This document shows, piece by piece, positions 19,670 to 28,835 of a stretch of DNA of 64,000 nucleotides. Origin of the DNA: an uncultured Planctomycetota bacterium. Lineage in GTDB: Bacteria > Planctomycetota > Phycisphaerae > Tepidisphaerales > Tepidisphaeraceae. The translations under genes and the position numbers were made by a program. The DNA lies in contig CAWJEN010000001.1 in the NCBI GenBank assembly GCA_963841915.1, positions 47,648-111,647 on the forward strand, read 5' to 3'. Position 1 is the stretch's first letter. Each line of letters opens with the position of its first letter. The notes below the pieces were generated by a model that worked only from the letters and a program-made list of their open reading frames with translations, was not told the DNA's origin and did no database searches.

Positions 19670-21946
19670 ATGATTCAGCCCCGCGAACCCGCGTGCCTGG
19701 AGCGGCTTGAGCCGCGCCAGCTTCTGACGACGCTCTCCGCATGGCAGCCGCTGGGGGAACCCGGCTCGGGCGGCCGCATCGATGCGATCACCGTCAGCCC
19801 CTACGATTCCAGCCGCGTCCTCGTCGGCGGCGACATGCTCGGTGCCGGCCGAAGCACCAACGGCGGCAACGCTTGGCAACCCACTATCGGCTTTGCCAGC
19901 TGGGAAATTTCCGACTTCACGTACCACCCGTCGGACCCGAACATCGTCTGGGCCGGCTCACTGAGCGGCCCGCACCGCTCGACGGACGGCGGCCAAACCT
20001 GGTCACTCAGGTCCAACGGCATGCCGACCGGCGGCTGGTACCCGTCGGCGGTCGAGAAGGTGCTGTTTGATGAGTCGGACCCGACGAGTCAGACGCTGCT
20101 CGCCTTCGGCGGCGATCACCGCGAGTTCAAGGACACGGCCGACGGCTACGGGAAGGTGTGGCGGAGCGAGGACGGCGGCAACAGCTGGTGGCAGATCAAC
20201 GATCTGCAGGGCAACATCATGTCCGCCTCGTTCGGCGGGACCACGACGTGGGTCGTCTGGGCCGCGGTCAAGGACAAGGGCATCTTCCGCTCCGGCGACC
20301 ACGCCTGGAACTTCACGGCCAAGAACACCGGCCTGCCGACGCTCGACGGCAACGTCCGCGTGACCAGCCTCGCCGCCCACCCGACGAACGCCAACACCGC
20401 ATATGTAACCATCGGCACGCGGCAGGGCTCGGGCGACCTCCGCGACATCGGCGGCGTGTTCCGCACCACCAACGCCGGCAGCAGCTGGCAGCAGGTGCTC
20501 GCCGGCGACACTTCCTCCTGGAACCCGGTCGACTTCCTCCACGTCGACGTCAGTGCCGACGGCAACACGATCTGGGCCACCGACAACAATTGGGGCAGCA
20601 GCAAAGGCCTGTGGAAAAGCACGGACGGCGGCAACAACTGGTCGCACGTCTTGAACCCGAATAACTACTTGAGCAAGCTGCAGGGCGGCACGCCGTTCAA
20701 GTCGAGCGACGTCATCGGCGGCTGGTGGGTCGAAGTCGATTCTCGCAACGCCAACAACGTCTTCTTCGGCAGCTCCTCGGTCATCTGGAAGACGACCAAC
20801 GGCGGCAACACCTGGAATGACGTGACCAGCACCCTCGTCGGCGGCGACCGCTACAAGGGCACCGGCTTCACCGGCTGGGTCTCCAACAACATCGAGTACA
20901 ATCCGTACAACAGCAGCAACCTGACCGCTCAGGCCTTCGACATGCTCACCGCCGGCATCAGCAAGGACGGCGGCTCGAGCTGGAAGCTCCAGCAGAACGG
21001 CCTGCCGCTCTACGGCGGCGGCAACGACATTGCCTGGGCCAGCGCATCGGTCGGCTACGCCGCCCTGGGGCAATCCCAAGGCAGCACCGGTCTTGTCCGC
21101 ACCAACGACGGTGGCGACACGTGGACCGCGCTCAACCTGCCGAGCAACAACAACTCGCCGGTCGAGAACGTCCACGTCAACGGCAGCAACAACACCCAGT
21201 GGATCACCACCAACGGCAAGCTGTACCGCAGCTACAACGGCCAAGGTGCGGGCAATCAGGTGACGTGGCAGCAGATCAATGTGGACGGCAAGACCGTGCG
21301 CGGTTTGGAAGCCGTCCCTTCACGCGGCAACCACTTCTTCGTGACGACCGATGCGGGCGTCTACTTCACGAACAACGGCGGCGGCGTCTTCTGGTCGACC
21401 GGCCCCGACGGGCCGTCGGGCAACGCGAGTCTGGCCGCTGACCCGACGGATGAGAACAAGCTCTGGGCCGCCAAGGACGGCAACGGCGGCGGGCTCTGGT
21501 TCTACGATCGTTACGCCTCCACGCCGTGGAAGAAGATGTCGTTGCCCGGCGGCGCAGACTACTGGTCCGGCGACGTCGCCATCGACCCGACCGACAACCA
21601 GCACATCGCCGTCATCACGAATCAGAACCCCTACACCCGCGTCAGCGAGGCGACGGGAGTCTGGTTCAGCGAGAACGGCGGCACGACGTGGCGTAAGGAG
21701 AACCAGAACCTGCCGGTGCTCCGCGGCCAGGCCATCACGTTCTCGCCCGACGGCGGCAAGCTGCTGGTCGGCACGACCGGCCGCGGCTTCTTCAAAGCCA
21801 CCGTCAGCGGCTCGCCAGAAACCATCGGCTCCGTCGGCTCCGTCGGCTCCGTCGACACGAGTCGGGCTTACGACCTTCGAGACTTCGGCAGCTTGTTCAG
21901 CGAGAAGCCGCTCCACAGCATCCTCAACGAAACTGAACTCTTATGA
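19670..21946 (+). CDS. Extracellular BNR/Asp-box beta-propeller protein (GH74/sortilin-like) with planctomycete LExRxLL N-terminal motif
   Basis: CLERLEPRQLL; repeated S(T)DGGxxW boxes. Confidence 0.85.
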   Translation: MIQPREPACLERLEPRQLLTTLSAWQPLGEPGSGGRIDAITVSPYDSSRVLVGGDMLGAGRSTNGGNAWQPTIGFASWEISDFTYHPSDPNIVWAGSLSGPHRSTDGGQTWSLRSNGMPTGGWYPSAVEKVLFDESDPTSQTLLAFGGDHREFKDTADGYGKVWRSEDGGNSWWQINDLQGNIMSASFGGTTTWVVWAAVKDKGIFRSGDHAWNFTAKNTGLPTLDGNVRVTSLAAHPTNANTAYVTIGTRQGSGDLRDIGGVFRTTNAGSSWQQVLAGDTSSWNPVDFLHVDVSADGNTIWATDNNWGSSKGLWKSTDGGNNWSHVLNPNNYLSKLQGGTPFKSSDVIGGWWVEVDSRNANNVFFGSSSVIWKTTNGGNTWNDVTSTLVGGDRYKGTGFTGWVSNNIEYNPYNSSNLTAQAFDMLTAGISKDGGSSWKLQQNGLPLYGGGNDIAWASASVGYAALGQSQGSTGLVRTNDGGDTWTALNLPSNNNSPVENVHVNGSNNTQWITTNGKLYRSYNGQGAGNQVTWQQINVDGKTVRGLEAVPSRGNHFFVTTDAGVYFTNNGGGVFWSTGPDGPSGNASLAADPTDENKLWAAKDGNGGGLWFYDRYASTPWKKMSLPGGADYWSGDVAIDPTDNQHIAVITNQNPYTRVSEATGVWFSENGGTTWRKENQNLPVLRGQAITFSPDGGKLLVGTTGRGFFKATVSGSPETIGSVGSVGSVDTSRAYDLRDFGSLFSEKPLHSILNETELL
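21827..21853 (+). repeat. Perfect 9-bp tandem repeat (GGCTCCGTC)x3 encoding GSVGSVGSV
   Basis: Read directly from the sequence. Confidence 0.85.
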
Positions 21947-24738
21947 CTTTTCGCCCGTTGCTGTTCCTCATCTCTCTTGTGATGACCGGCGCGTTGTTCG
22001 CACGCCCTGCGGCGGCCGCTGAGGCGCTGCACTGGAGAATTACCGCCGTGCCCGGCTCCGGCGGCCGGATGACCGACCTGCGGCAGAGCCCGCACGATGC
22101 CGACCACCTTGTCGTGCTCGGTGACATGCTCGGGGTCGGCGTCAGCCGTGACGGCGGCAAGTCGTGGCAGGCGGGCGGGTTTGGCATGCCCAGCTACGAG
22201 ATGGGCGTCGCCACGTTCCACCCGACGGAGCCCGGCATCGTCTGGGCCGGCAGCATGAGCGGCCCGATGCTGAGCACCGACGGCGGCGTGACGTTCGAGC
22301 CGCGGCGGCAGGGCATGGGTGACATGCTCGGGTACAACTACTCGTCGCCGGTCGAGGCAGTCGTGTATGACCCCAAGATTCCCAACCGGCTGCTCACCTA
22401 CGGCGGCAGCAGCCGGGGCTGGCGGGACGGTGACAACCCGTATCCGCTATTTGGCCGCGTCTGGCAAAGCGACGACGACGGCGAGTCGTGGAAGCTGCTC
22501 TCGACCCTCACGCCCGACGGCTCCGTGCCCCGCGACGCGACGGACGAGCACCAGCTCAACATCGTCGCGATGTCCTGGCTTGGCGACACGCTGCTCGCGG
22601 CCGTCCGCGGCGAGGGCGTCTACCGAAGCGAAGACGGCGGCAGCACGTGGAGCAGGAGCGACGCAACCCTGCCGCATGGCGAGGTGCAGCGGCTGGTCAC
22701 GCACCCGTCTGATGGCCGCACCGCGTGGGTTGCCCTAAGCAGTAGCAAGGTTGATGGTGAAGAACTGGCAACGCCGGGCGGCATTTGGAAATCAATCGAC
22801 GGCGGCAAGACGTGGGCGAATTCGAGCAAAGGTCTGACGCAGGTCGCCGATGCCAACCCATTTGCGGCTAGTCGCTACAACGCGTTAATCGTTTCGCCGC
22901 ACAATGGTGATGAGCTCGTCACTTGGGACGCCGGATGGCGCGTGGGCATGAGCTTTCGCAGCGAAGACGGCGGCGAGACGTGGGTGCCGACGCTCACGCG
23001 GGCCAACGTGCAGGGCGACAAAGTCGAGGTCGGCGAAGCACAACGCAAGGCGATCGAGGGTCACGACGTTCAGCTCAAGCTCGAGACGCCCTTCGCGGAA
23101 GGCTTCGGCATCGAGCAGGCGTCATGGAGTCCGACCGAACCCGGCCGGCTTTACGGCATGGGGCCGGCCTACTCCGTTGTCAGCGACGACGGAGGCAGGA
23201 CGTTCCGCGACCTTATGAACACCTTCGTCGGTGAGACCGAGTACGGCGAGGCATGGCGTGGCGACGGCTTCCAGGGTTGGGTGACCGACGAGACCGTTTT
23301 CGATCCGGCCACGCCGGGCAAGTACATCGTGCAGGCCATGGATGCCGGCCGGGTGTGGCTGACGAGCGACGGCGGTGATAGCTGGACGTACCACGGCTGC
23401 GACCCCGACCCTTGGAGTGCCGGCCGCACGGCGGTGTTCGGCGGCGACGGGAAGCACATCTACGCAGGCTTTGGCCAAGGCCGATTCATGGGCCTCGCCC
23501 GCAGCCTCGACGGCGGCAAGAACTGGGACGTTCAACACGGGGACGAGGCCGGCTTGCCTCAGAAAGGCAGCGGTGCCGAGCCGGTCAGCCTCGTTGTCGA
23601 TCCGCGTGACGTGACGCGTGTCTTCGCCACGATCGGCGACACCTTGTACGAAAGCAGCGATGCGGGCATGACCTGGAGCGATCTCCTCGAGCGGCCGCGC
23701 CTGGGCAAGATGGTCAACGATCCGAGCAATGAGAAGCGGGTCATCATCGGCACGAGCGACGGGCTCATCAGCGTGAACGTCGATGAACCGAAAGACATAG
23801 TTGCTCTCGGCGGACCCAATGGCAGCAGCATTGCGACGCTGCCCGACGGATCCATCTTTGCAACCGAATGGCGTAGCTCGTCCCGCGGCGGCCTGTGGAA
23901 GCGAGATGCGTCGACGGGCGTCTGGAGTCGGCTGATCACCGATCGCTTCGTCGACGCCGTCACAGTCGACGCCGCCCATCCGAATCGCATCGCGGTGACG
24001 ACGGACGACCACCCGTTCCACGACGAGATGTTCGCCACCGGCCCGATGCTCTCGGATGACGGCGGCAAGACGTGGGCTCATGCGACGGACGGTCTTCCCG
24101 TTCTGCGCGGCGGCACTATCGCGTTCGACCCTCACGACCCGACGCAACTTCACCTCGGCACCGGCGGCCGCGGATGGTTCGTCACGACTTGGCCGATGGA
24201 TCACACGCTCGTCGGAGAGCCGGCCGGTGACGACATGACGCTCCAGCCGCCCTCGGCAGAAGGCGAACTGCGGCTCATCAACGGCAGCATGGAGCAGACC
24301 GGCCCCGACAACACCGTCGTCGCCTGGTCCGTCGGATGGCAGGGCAGCGGCGAAACCAAGGTAGAGCGGGACTTTGGCCGATCCTGGTCCGGTGCGCAGT
24401 CGCTCAAAGCAACGTCGGCCGACGACGCCGAAGCGACGGTCGTCCAGCGACTCTCCGGCGGTGCCGGCCAACTTCTGCGTGTCACCGGCGTCGTGAAGAC
24501 GGAGGGAGATGTCAAGGTCAGCTTCGGCGTCAAGAGCATGCAAGGGTGGACCAAGCTCGACGGCCAGCAACTTCACTTCGCGCAAGGCGACACCGAATGG
24601 ACCGAGTTCGCCGGCGAGGTGCGCGTTCCGGACGCGGCGACGCAGATCGAAGTCGGTTTCTTTATCGGCGGTGCTGGTACCGTTTGGCTCGATGATGTCA
24701 CACTGGAAGAAGTGGAGCCGAATGCCGTTGCCGATTGA
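21943..24738 (+). CDS. Secreted BNR/Asp-box beta-propeller protein (GH74-like) with a C-terminal CBM4/9-like domain
   Basis: Sec-type signal; many SxDGGxxW repeats; C-terminal LINGSME...WTEF...GTVWLDDVTL galactose-binding-like pattern. Confidence 0.85.
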   Translation: MTFRPLLFLISLVMTGALFARPAAAAEALHWRITAVPGSGGRMTDLRQSPHDADHLVVLGDMLGVGVSRDGGKSWQAGGFGMPSYEMGVATFHPTEPGIVWAGSMSGPMLSTDGGVTFEPRRQGMGDMLGYNYSSPVEAVVYDPKIPNRLLTYGGSSRGWRDGDNPYPLFGRVWQSDDDGESWKLLSTLTPDGSVPRDATDEHQLNIVAMSWLGDTLLAAVRGEGVYRSEDGGSTWSRSDATLPHGEVQRLVTHPSDGRTAWVALSSSKVDGEELATPGGIWKSIDGGKTWANSSKGLTQVADANPFAASRYNALIVSPHNGDELVTWDAGWRVGMSFRSEDGGETWVPTLTRANVQGDKVEVGEAQRKAIEGHDVQLKLETPFAEGFGIEQASWSPTEPGRLYGMGPAYSVVSDDGGRTFRDLMNTFVGETEYGEAWRGDGFQGWVTDETVFDPATPGKYIVQAMDAGRVWLTSDGGDSWTYHGCDPDPWSAGRTAVFGGDGKHIYAGFGQGRFMGLARSLDGGKNWDVQHGDEAGLPQKGSGAEPVSLVVDPRDVTRVFATIGDTLYESSDAGMTWSDLLERPRLGKMVNDPSNEKRVIIGTSDGLISVNVDEPKDIVALGGPNGSSIATLPDGSIFATEWRSSSRGGLWKRDASTGVWSRLITDRFVDAVTVDAAHPNRIAVTTDDHPFHDEMFATGPMLSDDGGKTWAHATDGLPVLRGGTIAFDPHDPTQLHLGTGGRGWFVTTWPMDHTLVGEPAGDDMTLQPPSAEGELRLINGSMEQTGPDNTVVAWSVGWQGSGETKVERDFGRSWSGAQSLKATSADDAEATVVQRLSGGAGQLLRVTGVVKTEGDVKVSFGVKSMQGWTKLDGQQLHFAQGDTEWTEFAGEVRVPDAATQIEVGFFIGGAGTVWLDDVTLEEVEPNAVAD

Positions 24739-26332
24739 GCAGACGACCGTCCGCGAGGGAATTGACTTAAGTGTGTACCGCGACCGCCCGCTCAACGGCG
24801 GCGACGGTGGAATCCTGCACGGCTGGGGACCGCTCGCCGACGAGGGCGTCGCGCACGTCGACATGATTCTGGTCGTGATCCCGTGGCATGGCACCGACTT
24901 GCCGGGGGACGAGGCGGACTGGACGCGGGTCGAGGCCGACATGGCTGCGGTGAAGGCGCTACGCAAGTTGGTCTACCTCTACCCGCACGTCGCGTGGCCG
25001 CCGCCGCATCTCGGGCTCGAGGTGATGGATCCGCACCACGGCTGGATCGACTACAGCGACCCGACCGCACACGCGGCGAAGCTCAAGTGGTGCGAGAAGA
25101 TCGCCCGCCGGTTCGGCCGTGACGAAGCGGTTCGGACGATCCGCATGCCCGCTTTCGAGCACGGCGAGGCGTGGCTGACCGACGAGATCGCCCGACGCCT
25201 CATCGAGCGGGCCGGCGGGCAACATCTTGGAGACGAGGCAACGCTGGAACTTTCGGACCAACTCATCGGCGAGACTTACGAGGCGTTTCTGCGTCAAAGT
25301 GACCCGTCGCGACTCATCGCCCACGGCGGGGGCTTGGGCGATCGTCCGCAGCGGCGGGCCGTAGAGGCGGGCACCGGTCACGCCAACGGCACCCACGTGC
25401 TGGACTTTGCCGGACGCCACCAGTTCCCGCGGCCCGCCGATGCAGAGCTGAGCGACGGACACGCCCGCATCAAAACGCTCGCCCAGCGGGGAAACGGCGG
25501 CGTCTACTGCTGCGAGATGCACAGCGGCAGCCAGTGGCAGCAGACGACGGCCGCCCGCCTTCGATGGCAGACGGCGACGCTCGCTTCCATCATCGTCAAC
25601 GGCACCAACTTCGTGATGCTTCCGCCGGCCTTGCTTAACGGCCAGCCGTTCCGCCACGCATCATCGGAGCGAGGGAACGTGTCGCCGGATTGGACCGGCC
25701 GACCAACGCGTCGCAACGAGGAAAGCTTCACGCATTGGATGCCCTCGCCCGACGACGGCACACTCGTCCGCTGGGCCCGCAGCCTGATGGCGACGACATC
25801 GGCCGACACGCCGGAAGCCTTCGCACAGCTCAGCACGCACCACCTGCCCGGCGGCAAGCAGGTGCTCGCGCTGGAGCACGCGATGACCTTCCGCGACGAC
25901 CTGAGCCCGAGCCACCCAACTGACGAGTTCGACATGGGCGGCGGAGCGGAGTTTCAGCAGAACGTCTTCGAATACGTCCCTGCCCACTTCGCCAGGCGCA
26001 CCGCCCGCCGTCGCGATGGCGGGAAGTTGGTGTTCGAGCTCTCAACCGAATTCTCCAGCCGCATCGGCACCACCGGCGAAGTCTTTGAGGTTCGGGTCGC
26101 CTTCCTTGATGAAGGCCACGGTGGCTTGCTGGTCAAGACGACGCTTGATGATGCATCGCACACGCTCGGCCGGGTGACCTTCGAGAACACCGGTCTCTGG
26201 CGAACCGCTTGCTTTGTCGCGGTCGCTCCCGAGGACTGGCCGACGAGTGACGGCACGTCGCCGCTCTTGGAGGTCGTCGGCACCGCTGAGCAGGGCATCG
26301 TGGTCTGCCTCATCCGGGTGATGCTCTTGTAA
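24722..26332 (+). CDS. Uncharacterised protein, paralogue of 14706..16349 (putative GH-A-like hydrolase)
   Basis: Shared DLSVY, HGWG, VYLYPHVA(F/W)PP, GWIDY, IRMxxFEHGEAW, TPEAFxQLSxHHL, GLWRTACF. Confidence 0.75.
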   Translation: MPLPIEQTTVREGIDLSVYRDRPLNGGDGGILHGWGPLADEGVAHVDMILVVIPWHGTDLPGDEADWTRVEADMAAVKALRKLVYLYPHVAWPPPHLGLEVMDPHHGWIDYSDPTAHAAKLKWCEKIARRFGRDEAVRTIRMPAFEHGEAWLTDEIARRLIERAGGQHLGDEATLELSDQLIGETYEAFLRQSDPSRLIAHGGGLGDRPQRRAVEAGTGHANGTHVLDFAGRHQFPRPADAELSDGHARIKTLAQRGNGGVYCCEMHSGSQWQQTTAARLRWQTATLASIIVNGTNFVMLPPALLNGQPFRHASSERGNVSPDWTGRPTRRNEESFTHWMPSPDDGTLVRWARSLMATTSADTPEAFAQLSTHHLPGGKQVLALEHAMTFRDDLSPSHPTDEFDMGGGAEFQQNVFEYVPAHFARRTARRRDGGKLVFELSTEFSSRIGTTGEVFEVRVAFLDEGHGGLLVKTTLDDASHTLGRVTFENTGLWRTACFVAVAPEDWPTSDGTSPLLEVVGTAEQGIVVCLIRVMLL

Positions 26333-26619
26333 ACTGCCAGTTGCAGCTGAGGTGCAGAATGCATTTCGATGAAGAGCGTGCTGCTGACTAGGTGGTACCG
26401 GTACTAACACGCAGCTCGATGGGGCTAAATCGGGAGCATCGCGCCGACGGTTGACGCCATGAGCTGAAAGGGGACGGGCCAGCCGAGCCGGCTGTGCCAT
26501 CTGACGCACGCGGCGCAGCGTGCGGCACGAGCCCAGCCGCTGAGCGTAAATTGCGAAATGCGGATCGCCTCGGCCGCGGCTTTATGGGTAGACGTCACTC
26601 GATCGCTGTCTGCACACGA

Positions 26620-26850
26620 CGTCAAAAAGACTCACGCTCCGGCCGGCAGCTCACGCGGGTCGGACCATTGGCCGCCGAAGGTGCGAAACGCCGCCAGCAC
26701 AGCGACGATCACGAGCGCGCGGATGAAGGTTGCGTAGTCAGAGTCGATCCACTTGAGCCCGGCCTTGGCGTAGATCGCAGTTAATGCGGCAAAGCCAACC
26801 GACAGCAGGGCGGAAACGAATCACGCGGGCAATGCGTTGGCGGCGGGCAT
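26620..26850 (-). pseudogene. EamA/DMT transporter N-terminal fragment
   Basis: MPAANALPA*FVSALLSVGFAALTAIYAKAGLKWIDSDYATFIRALVIVAVL...*VFL; TGA at two positions where Trp is expected; truncated. Confidence 0.65.
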
Positions 26851-26970
26851 TGATTGAGCGTGCCGAGGAATCGGCGTCAAAGGTGCGGATCACCATTCGA
26901 TCGTTCTCTCTGCCCGACCCCGTCAGGTACGATTGCGTGTTCCCTCTGCGGCGCGTGATACGAAGGCACG

Positions 26971-27318
26971 ATGAAGCCTCAAGTCGAAGTCTGCCTGGCG
27001 TGTCAAGTGTGTACACCGCCGTCGCCATGCGCGTCGGCCGTCCCGCTGGCGACGCTCTCGCCGGGCATGATGAAGCTCGTGCTGCAGCAGAATCCGCACG
27101 CGGATCCGACCGGATGTGTCGGCCAGACGTGTCTCACCAAGCTGCGGGCCGACCACGTGCGGCAACTCCTCCAGGAGGACATGGGCGAACTGTCGGCCCT
27201 CGACGAGGAAGTGCTCAAGGCCCTCGGTGAAGGCGAATCCGTAGGTCAGCACGTTCCGCAGGTCAGTGCTGGCCACTGTCGCCGCCGGCGGACTCCAGAG
27301 CCAATGGCGGCAGATTGA
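26971..27318 (+). pseudogene. N-terminal fragment of a DUF1003-type protein
   Basis: CxxC...CLTKLRADHVRQLLQEDMGELSALDEEVLKAL resembles the DUF1003 N-terminal region; the transmembrane part is absent. Confidence 0.45.
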
Positions 27319-27324
27319 AGAAGA

Positions 27325-27460
27325 CTCGGGCTTGCTCGACGATCGTCCTCGTCGCGCTCGCTCCGGCTCGGGTGCAGCCTAGATCATGGACGCGTTGCAA
27401 GCGGCTGAAGTCGCGTACGCCGCCGCTGGCCTTGATTTGAACGCTGGACCTGCTCATATT
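27325..27460 (-). pseudogene. Deoxyribose-phosphate aldolase (DeoC) C-terminal fragment
   Basis: VQIKASGGVRDF...LGCTRAGASATRTI matches the DeoC KASGGxR...GxxRxGxS motif. Confidence 0.6.
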
Positions 27461-27698
27461 CCGCGAGGACAACCCGGCTGCAGCCTTTGACGTAGGGATT
27501 CAACGGCTGCTGAAGGAGCGACGGATCAGCGACGGCCCGACAATCCTCTATGGCGACGGCTGCAGCTGCCAAGTATCGCCCGATGGTGATCTCCAAGTCG
27601 CAATCCGCGGCAGGCGTCAATTTGCCTGGATCACGACTAATTCAACATAAGATTGATTATCGGCCCATGTCCTGTGAGAGCCGCGGGTGCGTTACGGG

Positions 27699-27977
27699 TC
27701 ACGCTGCCCGACGGCGGGCAACGTTCTTGGCCGTCCGCTTCTGAAGCCAGCCGGCCAATCGGACGTGCTTGTGCCGGGCGTGACGCAGGTGCTCGAGGTA
27801 CTCCTTGAGAGCACCCGTCTTGAACTCTGCCAGGAAACTGCGGGTTGCGGTCGGGTTGAGCTCGCGGATCGCATCTATGGTTCGGCGGCGGTCTTCGAGC
27901 ACGACCTCACGCAGCCGATAGCTGGTGGCGGACGCTTTGTTGTCGCTGGTTTCGCCTGTAGCGCGGAGCATGGTCAT
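27699..27977 (-). CDS. Small hypothetical protein
   Basis: Amphipathic IDAIRELNPTATRSFLAEF...LKEYLEHL; coding-like composition; start uncertain. Confidence 0.6.
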   Translation of the reverse strand: MTMLRATGETSDNKASATSYRLREVVLEDRRRTIDAIRELNPTATRSFLAEFKTGALKEYLEHLRHARHKHVRLAGWLQKRTAKNVARRRAA

Positions 27978-28077
27978 CGGGTCGTAAGATCGGCCCGTGA
28001 GCGAGGTTCCCTCCAATCCGTCGTCAGCATCTCGAGAGCCCTCTTCCCGACCTGCCGGCCTGGCCGGCCTGAAACGG

Positions 28078-28737
28078 ATGAGCACGACCGCCGGCGTCGG
28101 GACCGGCATGACCTATCGCCAGGTCAGCCCGCTAGCCGTCGCTGCCGTCGTGGCTGCCGTCTTGTCCCTGAGCGTCTTCATCCACCCGGCCATGACGATT
28201 ATTCCCATAGCGGGCGTCGTCTTAAGCATCCTGGCCCTTGTCGCTGTCACCCGCAGCAACGGCACGCAGGTCGGACGCACCCTGGCCATCGGCAGCCTGA
28301 TCGCCTCCTCCGTCCTGGCCGGCCTGTTTGCGTGGCGGTTCTTCAGCACGGCCACCTCGGAGCGGACTATGGCCACTGACGTGCGGCAGACGGTCGCGTC
28401 GTTCGGCGACGCCCTAGCGGCCGAGGACTACGCGTCCGCGTACGCCCTTATGGCCGGGGCTTTCCAGGAAGACGTCGCAGAAAGCCAATTTGGCTCGTGG
28501 CTTTCGGGCTACCCGGCGGCGAAGGACCGCGAAGGCGAGCCTGTCTTCGGCAACATCACCGGGGCCAAGGCCGGTGAGCGGATCAAGTTCAGTGAGGCCG
28601 CCGGCGATCGAACCCTGGCTGACACTGAGCTCATAGTCACCTTCGAACACGGGGAGCCGCTGACGCAGTCAGTCCTCCTCAACGGTCGCGACGGCACATG
28701 GAAGCTTCGGCAATTCGAGCAATGGTTCGCCGAATGA
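28078..28737 (+). CDS. Membrane protein (DUF4190-like) with a C-terminal extracytoplasmic domain
   Basis: YRQVSPLAVAA..., three hydrophobic segments, GRTLAIG. Confidence 0.75.
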   Translation: MSTTAGVGTGMTYRQVSPLAVAAVVAAVLSLSVFIHPAMTIIPIAGVVLSILALVAVTRSNGTQVGRTLAIGSLIASSVLAGLFAWRFFSTATSERTMATDVRQTVASFGDALAAEDYASAYALMAGAFQEDVAESQFGSWLSGYPAAKDREGEPVFGNITGAKAGERIKFSEAAGDRTLADTELIVTFEHGEPLTQSVLLNGRDGTWKLRQFEQWFAE

Positions 28738-28835
28738 CGATGAGGATTATCGGAGCGTCAAAAGCTCATTGCGTTTAGGTCGCCCCCGGGCGTGGTCGAT
28801 ACGCGGGAGGTACACGCCCCTTGCGCCATCGACTC

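Noticed and set aside
421..26823. Stop-codon recoding or alternative genetic code suggested by several in-frame stops
   Set aside because: The stops are of all three types at positions expecting different residues, and intact genes end normally in TAA, TAG and TGA; decay explains them better.
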